Below, piece after piece: positions 29,835-38,499 of a stretch of 64,000 nucleotides of DNA. Numbering within the stretch: the stretch's first letter is position 1; each line of letters begins with the position of its first letter. The notes beneath the pieces were generated by a model that was not told where the DNA came from, ran no database searches, and saw nothing but the letters and a program-made list of their open reading frames with translations. Position numbers and translations under genes: made by a program. Origin of the DNA: Polyangiaceae bacterium. GTDB lineage: Bacteria > Myxococcota_A > Polyangia > Polyangiales > Polyangiaceae. Where the stretch lies: NCBI GenBank assembly GCA_050287085.1, contig JBNKBE010000001.1:386493-450492 (forward strand). The letters are read 5' to 3'.

Positions 29835-30944
29835 CTACCACTGTGCGTTGCGGGCCATCTCGAGGGCCCGCTCCTCGAACCACTGGCCAGCTGGCGGACC
29901 CCCGTTGCATTCGCCGTCAGACTCCCCAGGTGCTTTGGCCCAAACGTACGCGTCCAAGGCCCCTCCGCCGGAGGCGACCTCTGGGCGCCGACCGAGAGCT
30001 CGTCCTTCCGGATTGCACCACTGGTCACCTGGAGCTGGCCCGTTGCCGTTGCGACTCGAGTCCACCACGAAGTGCACGTCGTCCCCCAACAACGAAGCCA
30101 GTTGATTTCCATATGCGACGAGCTCCTCGTCACCGATGTAGTTGGACGTGTTCAGCGAAAACCCTCGTGCCTCTTCGATGCCGGCCGCTCGCAGGCGAGT
30201 GGCCATCTCGTCGGCAGGGATCCAACGCGAATGCCCGGCATCGAGGTAGACGCTCACGCCCGGAAGCGCCGCAAGCGTGTGCACCGCGTACTTCAAGAGC
30301 CCTAGACGCTTCTTTTGGTCCTCTTCACTCAGACACGCTTCGAGATGCCCGAGTGCATCAGGCTCGAGGATGACGACGGCTCGACGCCCGGAACCGATCC
30401 CTCGGGCAACGCCATCGATCCACGCGCGGTAGCTCACCTCTCCGCTCGCCCCCCCTTTCGAGTACTGCCCGCAGTCGCGATCGGGAATGTTGTAGACGAC
30501 CATGAGCGCTAGCTTGTCTTGCTTGCTCGCGGATTTCGTGAAGTTGTCCACGACGGTCTCGATCGGCCCACTCCATTCGCCAAACCACTTCGCCTGCGGC
30601 GTGTCGGCAATCTTCGCGATGAGCGCGGCATCCGGTGAGTGTCGTTGCTCCAAACGTCGGCGGGCTTGGTCCGAAAAAGTGTACGGTGGATAGAATATCT
30701 CCCGACCCACAAAGGGGTTGCCGGTAACCCGCTCGATCGCCTCGCTCGACTCATTCTGCCCGTGGGCGCCCGCCTGTGGCGGAGCGTTCGCCGTGGGGGC
30801 TCGACACGCCAGCGCCGCGCTCAAACTGACCCAGAGGAGCCCTACGCCTTTCCTACAGAGCCGCTGCTGAAAGCCAAGCCGGGCCGCAGACGGCTCGGAG
30901 CACTCGGATGATGACGCTTTCTCTCTTTCCATCCGCTCTTGCAT
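29835..30944 (-). CDS. Glycoside hydrolase family 6 (endoglucanase/cellobiohydrolase), probable lipoprotein
   Basis: PQAKW, YNIPDRDC, ILEPDAL (catalytic acid), YLDAGH..W, GFSLNTSN, DSSRNGNG, WCNP, W.KAPGESDG. ALAC lipobox and no CBM. Confidence 0.93.
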   Translation of the reverse strand: MQERMEREKASSSECSEPSAARLGFQQRLCRKGVGLLWVSLSAALACRAPTANAPPQAGAHGQNESSEAIERVTGNPFVGREIFYPPYTFSDQARRRLEQRHSPDAALIAKIADTPQAKWFGEWSGPIETVVDNFTKSASKQDKLALMVVYNIPDRDCGQYSKGGASGEVSYRAWIDGVARGIGSGRRAVVILEPDALGHLEACLSEEDQKKRLGLLKYAVHTLAALPGVSVYLDAGHSRWIPADEMATRLRAAGIEEARGFSLNTSNYIGDEELVAYGNQLASLLGDDVHFVVDSSRNGNGPAPGDQWCNPEGRALGRRPEVASGGGALDAYVWAKAPGESDGECNGGPPAGQWFEERALEMARNAQW

Positions 30945-30989
30945 AGCACGAGCGCGCCGGGCAGCCCCCCGGCGAAAGCGTCGGTGCGA

Positions 30990-32045
30990 TCATTCTGCTA
31001 CACAGGGAGGGTTGATTTGGCCGGGCGTGCCATAGTCGGCCCCCCAAGCTACCGAGGCCGCACACCAGCCCGTCGGGCCGTCGTTGGATTGCGGCGTGGC
31101 GAACGCAGGGTCGAGGCTCCAGCTGTGCCCGGCTCCGGCGGGGATGTCCGAAGGATCCAACACTACGCTATCGACGAGGCTGTCGTCACAGCGAAGCTCC
31201 AATGCAACGACGGCACTATTGGGCAGCGTGAGCCCCGAGTAGGTACCGTCCGGAGCAAATCCCGGCTCGCTCGAATTCGCGAGTACCGCCAGCTCACCGG
31301 CTTGGAGGATACGCGCCGTCTGGAACTGTGCCAGTCGGTCGTCGCGGACCAGGGCACAGCTAGCCAAGTCTACCGGTCCTAGCCCCGCATTCAGCACCTC
31401 CACCCATTCCCCGGCACTGTCACCGACCGCGGTGGGGTCACGTAAGACCTCGTTGATGACAAGCTGAGGACTGCCGTCGGCAACGGTCACGTCGACGACG
31501 ATGGCAAGCGCCCCTTCACCCAAGGAGACGAGCGCCTGGGCCGCTTCAAAGCGGAACCCGACCGTGGCGGTTTCGTCCACTGGCACGCTCACGAGTTGGG
31601 GATTCGGACTGAGTAGGCGAGCGGGGGTCGTTACCCATTCGTCGAGCTCGCGTCGGTGCAGCTCCCAGCCCGGCATGAGTTCGACCTGGTAGTCGCCGGC
31701 CGCAAGCGGCAGACTTATCTGCTGAACGCTCGGCTCTGGTTCAACCAGCTCGACCTGGGGTCCCTCGATGCGAAATGTAGCGTTGTTGAGCGAATAGATT
31801 GTGCCGTCCACCTCGACCTCCAAGGGCATGCTCAAGCGCCCCAATTCCATATTATTCTCAGTTCCTGAACACGCGAGCGCAGACAACAATCCGGCGCCCA
31901 CGAGATAGGACCTAAGAAGCCGCCAGCGCCACTTCAGAATCCGGCGCAGCTCCAGGTCGTTTCGACTCCTGCGACCGATGAGCTGGCGCACAGCGCACGA
32001 GAAACCGCGCGCCGCATCAGAAGGTTCCAACGAATGTTCAGACAT
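30990..32045 (-). CDS. Lamin-tail-domain (LTD) lipoprotein
   Basis: ALACSG lipobox. LVINEV..DP....D..GEWVEVLN....VDL, then GTPG..N. Start uncertain. Confidence 0.8.
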   Translation of the reverse strand: MSEHSLEPSDAARGFSCAVRQLIGRRSRNDLELRRILKWRWRLLRSYLVGAGLLSALACSGTENNMELGRLSMPLEVEVDGTIYSLNNATFRIEGPQVELVEPEPSVQQISLPLAAGDYQVELMPGWELHRRELDEWVTTPARLLSPNPQLVSVPVDETATVGFRFEAAQALVSLGEGALAIVVDVTVADGSPQLVINEVLRDPTAVGDSAGEWVEVLNAGLGPVDLASCALVRDDRLAQFQTARILQAGELAVLANSSEPGFAPDGTYSGLTLPNSAVVALELRCDDSLVDSVVLDPSDIPAGAGHSWSLDPAFATPQSNDGPTGWCAASVAWGADYGTPGQINPPCVAE

Positions 32046-32068
32046 GAGACTCCCTTTCATTTTTGTTT

Positions 32069-32223
32069 GCGCTTTCTTTTTTCAGCGCGAAGGCGGGTGC
32101 CTTCAACCCGCCGAACTTACGGGATGAAGCGCAAGGCAACGGTGGGATGCCCAGACATCCAACCACCGAGACGTCGAACTACCCAGACATCCGGTTGCCC
32201 TGCTGCCAGAGGCCACCCGCCAT
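32069..32223 (-). ncRNA. Candidate structured 5' leader / cis-regulatory RNA with a 14-codon uORF
   Basis: 10-bp stem GCAGGGCAAC/GTTGCCTTGC encloses two hairpins that both begin GGATGTCTGGG. Further hairpins GGCGGGT/ACCCGCC and GCGCT/AGCGC follow. It begins at the predicted sigma54 +1. Confidence 0.4.
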
Positions 32224-32233
32224 GACCCTTCAG

Positions 32234-32249
32234 AGCAATACAGATGCCA
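32234..32249 (-). promoter_or_regulatory. Candidate sigma54 promoter for the LTD-GH6 genes
   Basis: Minus strand TGGCATCTGTATTGCT is a near-consensus -24/-12 element with exact GG-N10-GC spacing, in an intergenic region. Confidence 0.75.
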
Positions 32250-32432
32250 GTCGCTTCCGCCTTTGAATGACAGCTCGGCACGGCGCAGAAGGTGCAACAG
32301 CCAGCTAGTCGCCAACCGTTCGCCAGGACATCGATCGCAGGAGAACAAGCGCTTCGCACACGCGCCAGCGATGCAGCCTAGCGGCTCACGGCGAACCTGG
32401 GCCCCCCACTGGCTTCACCGCGCCGCAGGGGC

Positions 32433-33443
32433 TCAATGCATGAGATAAGCCAGAAGCAAAGAGATGCCGACGCTTGGCTGTTCAACAACCGCGAGGGTGG
32501 CACCATCAACGCGAACGCGCCATGCGTCGACCGCTACGTTCAGGTCGAGCTCTGTCATGAGCGACCAGTCCGCACCCAAGGCATACTGAAGCCCCAATGC
32601 CCCTTGCGCAAATGGACTGGTATGCGCACCTTGCCGAGCTCGATATCCCTGCACCGCTTCCGCGCGGGAACGATAGCTCGCCACCCCCGCCCCGATCATC
32701 GCGTAAGGCGCGAAAGCGCCCACACCCCATCGATGACCGCCGCGGAGCAGGAGGAGGTTCCGTCCAAGGTGCACCTCGCCACCAGACGCGTCGAAGCGAG
32801 AGTCCAACGCTGATACATCCACCGTCACCCCCAGAGACCAACGCCAAGCCTCGACGCCCGCGAACAAGCGTCCAGAAACGAGCGATTCGGAGAGCTCTGC
32901 CAACGTGGCTACGGCTACCCCGGCGGCAAGTTGAACTCCGAGCTGCGCTGGCCCCGAACCAGAGCTGGAGTTCTGCGCCGGAAGCGGACGCTCGGCAACG
33001 GCATCAGGAGCCGCCTCCAACTCGGGCGGCCGCGATCGAGGACTCGGGAACAGAGGCCGCTCAAGCACAGCGCGAACGTCCTCCGCGGCTCGCACACCAA
33101 CCTCTTCGGCAACGAGCGGGTGACGTTCACTCGCAACCAATACCCGGCGGTATCGCACGGCCGCATCCGGCGCGACCACTTCGATCTCGACGCCCCGCTC
33201 GACGCTAGCAATTCGGAGCACGGCTGCGCCCCGCGGAAGAGGCGACAAGGCCGCCTCGCTCGCGCTGAGCACCTGCACCTCGAAACCGGCCGCGACGAGT
33301 TCGGCGGCCGCGAGCCGCACGGCACCTTGAATCGAGGCTGGCGCGTCGGGCTCTTGAAGCACCCGCACGGGCTCAGCACCAGCCACCGCGGCCCACAACA
33401 ACAGCGCAAGCGCCGCGCAGCGCGCCGCACGGCGATACGTCAC
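32433..33443 (-). CDS. Exported protein with probable C-terminal small outer-membrane beta-barrel
   Basis: Signal peptide (AAVAGA-E), N-domain, Pro-rich linker, then amphipathic strands (WSLGVTVDV, PYAMIGAGVA, GALGLQYAL, VGISLLLAY). GTGA overlap with the FecR gene. Confidence 0.7.
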   Translation of the reverse strand: MTYRRAARCAALALLLWAAVAGAEPVRVLQEPDAPASIQGAVRLAAAELVAAGFEVQVLSASEAALSPLPRGAAVLRIASVERGVEIEVVAPDAAVRYRRVLVASERHPLVAEEVGVRAAEDVRAVLERPLFPSPRSRPPELEAAPDAVAERPLPAQNSSSGSGPAQLGVQLAAGVAVATLAELSESLVSGRLFAGVEAWRWSLGVTVDVSALDSRFDASGGEVHLGRNLLLLRGGHRWGVGAFAPYAMIGAGVASYRSRAEAVQGYRARQGAHTSPFAQGALGLQYALGADWSLMTELDLNVAVDAWRVRVDGATLAVVEQPSVGISLLLAYLMH

Positions 33444-35017
33444 TCTGGAGCGGCCTCGACGAGTTGTGCTGCCGCGCTTGCATAGGCGCCGCTAGGGTAG
33501 CTCTCCAAATACTGCCGAGCTAGCCTTCTTGCTTCCGTCCTCCGGCCGCGATTGGCCGCAATCGTCAGACGTCGCCCCAACGCTTCACCGCGATACTGCC
33601 GCGCGCCGCTGTTGATGTACTCCGCAAAAAGGCGATCGGCGACGACCAACTGCCCCTCACGCTCGGCCAGACGCGCTCGGTGAAACGGTGCTACCGCAGC
33701 GCTCGAAGTTCCGGCAAAGCGTTCCTGTACTGCAAGCCAAATGCGCTTGGCTGTCGCCGGCTCACCTGCATAGGAAGCGGCCAAAGCGGCCGCCTGCAAC
33801 TCACCCGCCGAGCAGGTGCGCAGGCAGGCGTTCACCCCTCGCTCGACAAACTCAGAGTACACTTGGCGATACTGGCCACGTCGCAACGCCTCTGACCAAT
33901 TGGCCCACAGCTTGGTCGCACCCGCGGGGACGTCGTTCGCGCGCCCACGCCGGCTAGGCTTTTCGACCACGTCCTCGCGCGCCACGCCATGACGCGTGGT
34001 CCCGGAAGCCGCCACCGGAGCCAGCTCGGTCGAAACACGCGACGGCGTCCGCTGACTTGCCCCGGAGGAACGCGCCCTTGCGGATTGTGACGTGGCGCGG
34101 GCGTGGGGCGCCCGGCTGCGTTCACGCCCGGCGACAACTGCCGGCGCGACGTCCCCGTGCGGCCGTGCCAAATCCAGAGTCCTCGCGTCTACGGCGCGAG
34201 CCTCAACGGATGCGCCGTCCACTTCTTCCAGGCTCGCCACCGTTCCGGAGGCGGTCCACACAATGCGCTCGCCAGCTACAACCGGACGCGTGCCTTCGCC
34301 CGCTGCCGGCCCGACGAGCCGCACCTCGCCGTCGTGCATGTCGAGAACAAGACGCCGGGTGCGCGAGGAATACTCGAGAGCAAAGCGGGTACCAACGACC
34401 TGTACTTCGTGGGGTCCAGCAATAAACGACCATCGCGTATCGAGCTCGTGAGCAACGTCGACGACCAGGCGCCCCCGGTGCAGCCGGACGATAGCGCTAT
34501 GCTCACCCTGAATGTCCACCTCGAGTTCAGTTTGCGCGGCCATCCGCACGCGACTGTCGTCCGAGAAGCTGAGCAGCGCTGGCGCGTCGCTCGTGACGTA
34601 GGTGTTCTGACGGCGCTCCGCGCCCGCGACATCAACCGATAGAACGGCCGTCGAAGTTAGGGACGAGACGAGCAACGGGAGCAGCACGACCGCCGTCAGC
34701 GCCGCCGCGCCTACCCACAACCTGCGGCCGTAGCCGCCCATGCAAGAACGCACCGCAACTCGCACAGCAAACCAACGACCATGGGCCAGGACTTGCTGTT
34801 CACCTTCCGCCCGCGCGGCCATCCTCTGTTCGATCCCGCGCCAGGCGCGGCGCTGCTCAAAAGGTCCCCGTTGCCGGACTCGCTCAGCTACGGCCTGCTC
34901 CAATATGTCCGAGGCCGAACGAAGGAGCACAGCGTCGCTCTCGGACTGCTCCGCTAGCGGCTCCTCTCCCAGCTCAGCAGCACCGGGGCGCTCGCTCCAA
35001 GCGCGCCGGTCATGCAT
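33440..35017 (-). CDS. FecR-domain anti-sigma factor with C-terminal TPR-like region
   Basis: Single TM helix, FecR motifs (LSFSDDSRV, L.RG.L..DV.H, V.VVGTRF, GEV.L), C-terminal TPR-like helices ending ARQYLESYPSGAYA. Confidence 0.88.
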   Translation of the reverse strand: MHDRRAWSERPGAAELGEEPLAEQSESDAVLLRSASDILEQAVAERVRQRGPFEQRRAWRGIEQRMAARAEGEQQVLAHGRWFAVRVAVRSCMGGYGRRLWVGAAALTAVVLLPLLVSSLTSTAVLSVDVAGAERRQNTYVTSDAPALLSFSDDSRVRMAAQTELEVDIQGEHSAIVRLHRGRLVVDVAHELDTRWSFIAGPHEVQVVGTRFALEYSSRTRRLVLDMHDGEVRLVGPAAGEGTRPVVAGERIVWTASGTVASLEEVDGASVEARAVDARTLDLARPHGDVAPAVVAGRERSRAPHARATSQSARARSSGASQRTPSRVSTELAPVAASGTTRHGVAREDVVEKPSRRGRANDVPAGATKLWANWSEALRRGQYRQVYSEFVERGVNACLRTCSAGELQAAALAASYAGEPATAKRIWLAVQERFAGTSSAAVAPFHRARLAEREGQLVVADRLFAEYINSGARQYRGEALGRRLTIAANRGRRTEARRLARQYLESYPSGAYASAAAQLVEAAPE

Positions 35018-35663
35018 CGTCGCCTCCTAATTCAGCTCCCGAACGCGTCACGTAGTCTGACAAGAGGGCGTCGCGACTGACCCGCTTCTTGACGTGTTCG
35101 TTTGCCCGTCGGACCCATCGTTTGGCGGTTGACTCGGAAACGCCAAGGGCTGCGGCGACTTCGAGAATCGCCATCTTCTCCATGCTCCGTAGAACAAAAG
35201 CCGAGCGCTCATTGGCGCTAAGCTCATCGAGAATACGCGTCAAGCGTTGAAGCGCCGCGCGCGCTCGCGGATCGTCCGTCCCCGACGCCTCCGGTAGCTC
35301 ACCGTCGAGCGCCGGCGCCCGGAAGATGAGTGCCCGACGTCGACGTCGACGGATCTCGCCCCGGATCCGATTCATAGTGATCGAGACCACGTAGCTCCGA
35401 ATCGCCGACGCGGTGCGGATCCGTCGCGCGTTCTCAAAAAACGCGACGAAGATGTCGCCCAGCAGCTCCTCCACCTCCGCATCGTGCCCGAGCGACTTCA
35501 GCAAGAGCCGATACACGAGCGGGTAGAACGCAACGTAAGCCGTCTCCTGCCATCCAGGTTCCCCCCGGACGAGCTGAGCATAAAGCCGTTCCGATTCCAT
35601 CCCCCGCTCCAAGGAGTCAGGACCCCCAACGGTTGTATTCGGCAGAAGAGACAGACGGCGCAT
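35010..35663 (-). CDS. ECF RNA polymerase sigma factor
   Basis: Region 2 (VEELLGDIFV...SYVVSITMN) and region 4 (LSANERSAFVLR...EVAAALGVSESTAKRWVRRA). Overlaps the FecR start by 8 bp. Start uncertain. Confidence 0.9.
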   Translation of the reverse strand: MRRLSLLPNTTVGGPDSLERGMESERLYAQLVRGEPGWQETAYVAFYPLVYRLLLKSLGHDAEVEELLGDIFVAFFENARRIRTASAIRSYVVSITMNRIRGEIRRRRRRALIFRAPALDGELPEASGTDDPRARAALQRLTRILDELSANERSAFVLRSMEKMAILEVAAALGVSESTAKRWVRRANEHVKKRVSRDALLSDYVTRSGAELGGDDA

Positions 35664-36061
35664 AGTGAGCTCGCCGCGTAACCTACCAGGGGTATCTCCT
35701 ATTTGCAGCCCCCGAGCGAAAGTACGCGCTGGCCAAGCGGGAAGCGGCGACTCCGGTTCGGTCTCCGCCCAAGGGTAAAGGTCAGAATGGAGCATTGGCT
35801 CTCAGCAGCTGATTCCGGCCGCACAGTTCCGGGTCAGTTTCTATCGCTCTGCGCAGCCAGAGGGTAAACTTCGTGGCCACCAGCAGCGCGCTGGCGAAGG
35901 CGCGGCAAAGGGACTAGAACGTACGCGTGCGACCGGAGCTGAGAGCGTTCCCCGTCCCCGGCGCCTCGTGCCGCCCCAAGACAGCCGCGAACCAAGCGCG
36001 GTGTCTCCAGGCGCTGACGGGCGGTCATGGGTCTCAACCCCATGGCCCGCTGCTGGCGGCT

Positions 36062-37039
36062 ATGGCTCTAACTTTGTGCACGTTGGGGTGCCACACAACC
36101 GCTCTGGACGCCATCGTACGAGACTGGGAAGCCGGTGGCGCAGCGGCGGGCGAGCCACGGGGCCCCGCCGGTTCTTTCTCCGCGCCTCGTCCCTCGGAGG
36201 AGGGCGAAGGCGGCGAGGACGACGACGACGACGACCCGAGCTTGGCGAACACAAGCGGCGCGCCAGCTGTCTTGCGCCCGCCCGACGCCGGCGAAATGCT
36301 CGAGAATGCCGCCGACGAGGCCGACGAGGCCGACGAGGCCGCGACGACGGACGTGGGCGACAGCGACGCGCACGTGGGCGACGCAGACGTGAGCGAAGCG
36401 TGTGGTCCCGCCGAAGCCCTGGGCGATTTCGGGACCTTTCGTCTGATGTCCGTCACCGCCCCTGAACAGTGCTTGGTCTCCGAGGACATCGACGCCAGCG
36501 TCAACCCCTTGCCCTACGTTATCAGTACCCGAATCAGCCGTGACTGCAGCGGGTACCGCACACGACTATGGGAACTCTATCGCTACCTAGGCGAGCCTCC
36601 CGCGCCGTGGCCGGAACCTCCCGATAATGACCCACCGGACGACAACAACTCAGCCCCGGATGCTCCGGCCGGTGAGGGAGGTCAGTCTGGAGTCGACGTC
36701 GACGTCGACGGAGTGACGGCCGGCGGCGCAGGTGCCGTCCCCGAAGCCGAAGCCCCAGGCGGCGGCGTGTACATCGTATACAATAGCGCTTTCGACTACA
36801 CCTTGGGAGTCGAGGGGCCCTTGCCCGAAGCGGGCGCAGACCTCGTCCTGTACCCAACGCGGGGTCGCTTTCCGGAGCCTCTTCGCTTCGAATCCATAGG
36901 GAACGGAGAATTCCAGATCTCTCTCGCGCGCGATCGCTCCCTGTGCATGACAGAAAGCGCTGGAGATGCCGAGCTCTGGCCCTGCGCCGATGCAACAGAT
37001 GGACAGCGCTGGGCCCTGGTTCCTTATTGGTGTCCATGA
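36062..37039 (+). CDS. Lipoprotein with acidic linker and ricin-B (beta-trefoil) lectin-like domain
   Basis: TLGC lipobox, D/E-rich linker, GTFRL......CL, RLWEL, GNGEFQI......LCM...ELWPC...GQRW. Confidence 0.7.
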   Translation: MALTLCTLGCHTTALDAIVRDWEAGGAAAGEPRGPAGSFSAPRPSEEGEGGEDDDDDDPSLANTSGAPAVLRPPDAGEMLENAADEADEADEAATTDVGDSDAHVGDADVSEACGPAEALGDFGTFRLMSVTAPEQCLVSEDIDASVNPLPYVISTRISRDCSGYRTRLWELYRYLGEPPAPWPEPPDNDPPDDNNSAPDAPAGEGGQSGVDVDVDGVTAGGAGAVPEAEAPGGGVYIVYNSAFDYTLGVEGPLPEAGADLVLYPTRGRFPEPLRFESIGNGEFQISLARDRSLCMTESAGDAELWPCADATDGQRWALVPYWCP

Positions 37040-37086
37040 GGCGGCTGTCGCACCCCTGACGAGCCGCGCCCGCGGAACGCGGCGAA

Positions 37087-38478
37087 TTGCGCACTCGAGT
37101 GCTCAAAAAACTGACCCGGAACGAGCTCCCCCCACTCTGCTGGATATGCGGGCGCCAAATGAGACTCCCTTGGGGTCCCCTCGTCCGAGGAAGTGAGCAA
37201 GAGTTGTCAGAGTTGGTTGACCTGCCTCAGTACGAAGGAACGACACACGGAGCTCCGCAAAGCGCTGCTGCTTTACCGAGTGATGCGGCCCTACAGGGTG
37301 GCCGCGTTTCGTTCCAGCCCAGTGCTTCGTTCCAGCCCAGTGCTTCGTTCCAGCCCAGTGCTTCGTTCCAGCCCAGTGCTTCCTACCCGCAGGACGGCCG
37401 GTGCGGCTTCGGCCCCAAGGAAAGCCCAGCATTCACCCACCGCGGTGTCATCGCTCCGGACGCGAGGTCTCTGCTCAACGAAACCCCAACCCAACGCGCC
37501 TCCGAGGGATACGGCTGGCTTGCCTCTGACTTCGAACGCCGCAGCACGACCCGCCCGGGCGGCGTTTCGCCGGCGACACTGGGCACGCCTAACGCCGGCT
37601 ACCACGGCCATATCTGGGCCTGTGGAGCTCAGTCGCTCCCTGCACCGGCACGCGTCGCCTACAATACGCTCGAATTGCTCTTTGTCGCGGAGGGTAGTGC
37701 CGTATGCCAGGTGGGCGCTCGCACTCACCAACTTGGACCGGGCTCAACCCTGTGGCTGCCCGCTGGCTGCGGACGCAGTGTCGTAACCGCATCTCCTGGC
37801 CTCGTCGCCTGGCTCGCGAGTTTTCAACTCGACGTGGTGCAGCAGGTCGCTAACGGCTTTGCGCCTCCAGGATTGTCGGAGGTTGCGTCGAGCGCGGTCG
37901 CAATTGGCAAGGTCTCCTCAAGAGCCGCCAAGCGCCTCGCCAGCCTATTTGAGGATCTGCATCGGAAAGACAACGGCACACAAGCGGGCAAAGCCCCCCC
38001 CCGCACTCCGGCCGCGCCAAGCGCGCACTCCCAGGCAGGAATACCGGGGCGTAGCGCGCTAGCGTACCTCTTGGTGTCGGCTTGGACCGAACACTGCTCC
38101 ACAGAACAGCCGCGAGCCGACATCCCGGACGACCTTCACCCAGCGGTTGAAAAAGCGGCAAGACAGCTTCAGTCAGGCGAGTTGAATCTGACCCTCGAAG
38201 ATCTCGCAAAGACCTGCGGAGCAAGCAGCGCTTGGTTAAGCCGACTATTTCGTCAGCAGATGGGACTATCACTCGTCGACTATAGAAACCAGCAAAGGAT
38301 CGAGCGCTTTTTTCGGCTGTACCGCAGCGGCTACCGGGTTAACATCACACAAGCAGCATTGGAGTCAGGCTTCGGCAGCTATGCGCAATTTCACCGTGTT
38401 TTTCGCCGCTGCATGGGCTTTGGCCCCGCGGAACTGCGACGCAAACTGACTCGACGACCCGAGTCAGAGACGCGCTAG
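37087..38478 (+). CDS. AraC-family transcriptional regulator (cupin + HTH) with long N-terminal extension
   Basis: Cupin (LELLFVAEGSA...LGPG..LWLP) and AraC HTH (LEDLAKTCG.S..WLSRLFRQQMG, ALESGFGSYAQFHRVF). Start uncertain. Confidence 0.88.
   Translation: MRTRVLKKLTRNELPPLCWICGRQMRLPWGPLVRGSEQELSELVDLPQYEGTTHGAPQSAAALPSDAALQGGRVSFQPSASFQPSASFQPSASFQPSASYPQDGRCGFGPKESPAFTHRGVIAPDARSLLNETPTQRASEGYGWLASDFERRSTTRPGGVSPATLGTPNAGYHGHIWACGAQSLPAPARVAYNTLELLFVAEGSAVCQVGARTHQLGPGSTLWLPAGCGRSVVTASPGLVAWLASFQLDVVQQVANGFAPPGLSEVASSAVAIGKVSSRAAKRLASLFEDLHRKDNGTQAGKAPPRTPAAPSAHSQAGIPGRSALAYLLVSAWTEHCSTEQPRADIPDDLHPAVEKAARQLQSGELNLTLEDLAKTCGASSAWLSRLFRQQMGLSLVDYRNQQRIERFFRLYRSGYRVNITQAALESGFGSYAQFHRVFRRCMGFGPAELRRKLTRRPESETR
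37308..37382 (+). repeat. Perfect 18-bp tandem repeat x4 (TTCGTTCCAGCCCAGTGC), encoding SFQPSA
   Basis: Read directly from the sequence. No spacers between copies. Confidence 0.95.
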
Positions 38479-38499
38479 AAGCAGCCCCCTGGTCCAACG

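Noticed and set aside
32131..32205. Cyclic-di-GMP-I riboswitch (starts CAGGGCAACC on the minus strand)
   Set aside because: Lacks the GNRA tetraloop hairpin and the GACGCAAAGC junction. Kept only as an unknown structured leader.
37308..37382. Possible CRISPR array
   Set aside because: The 18-bp units are contiguous with no spacers, and there are no cas genes.
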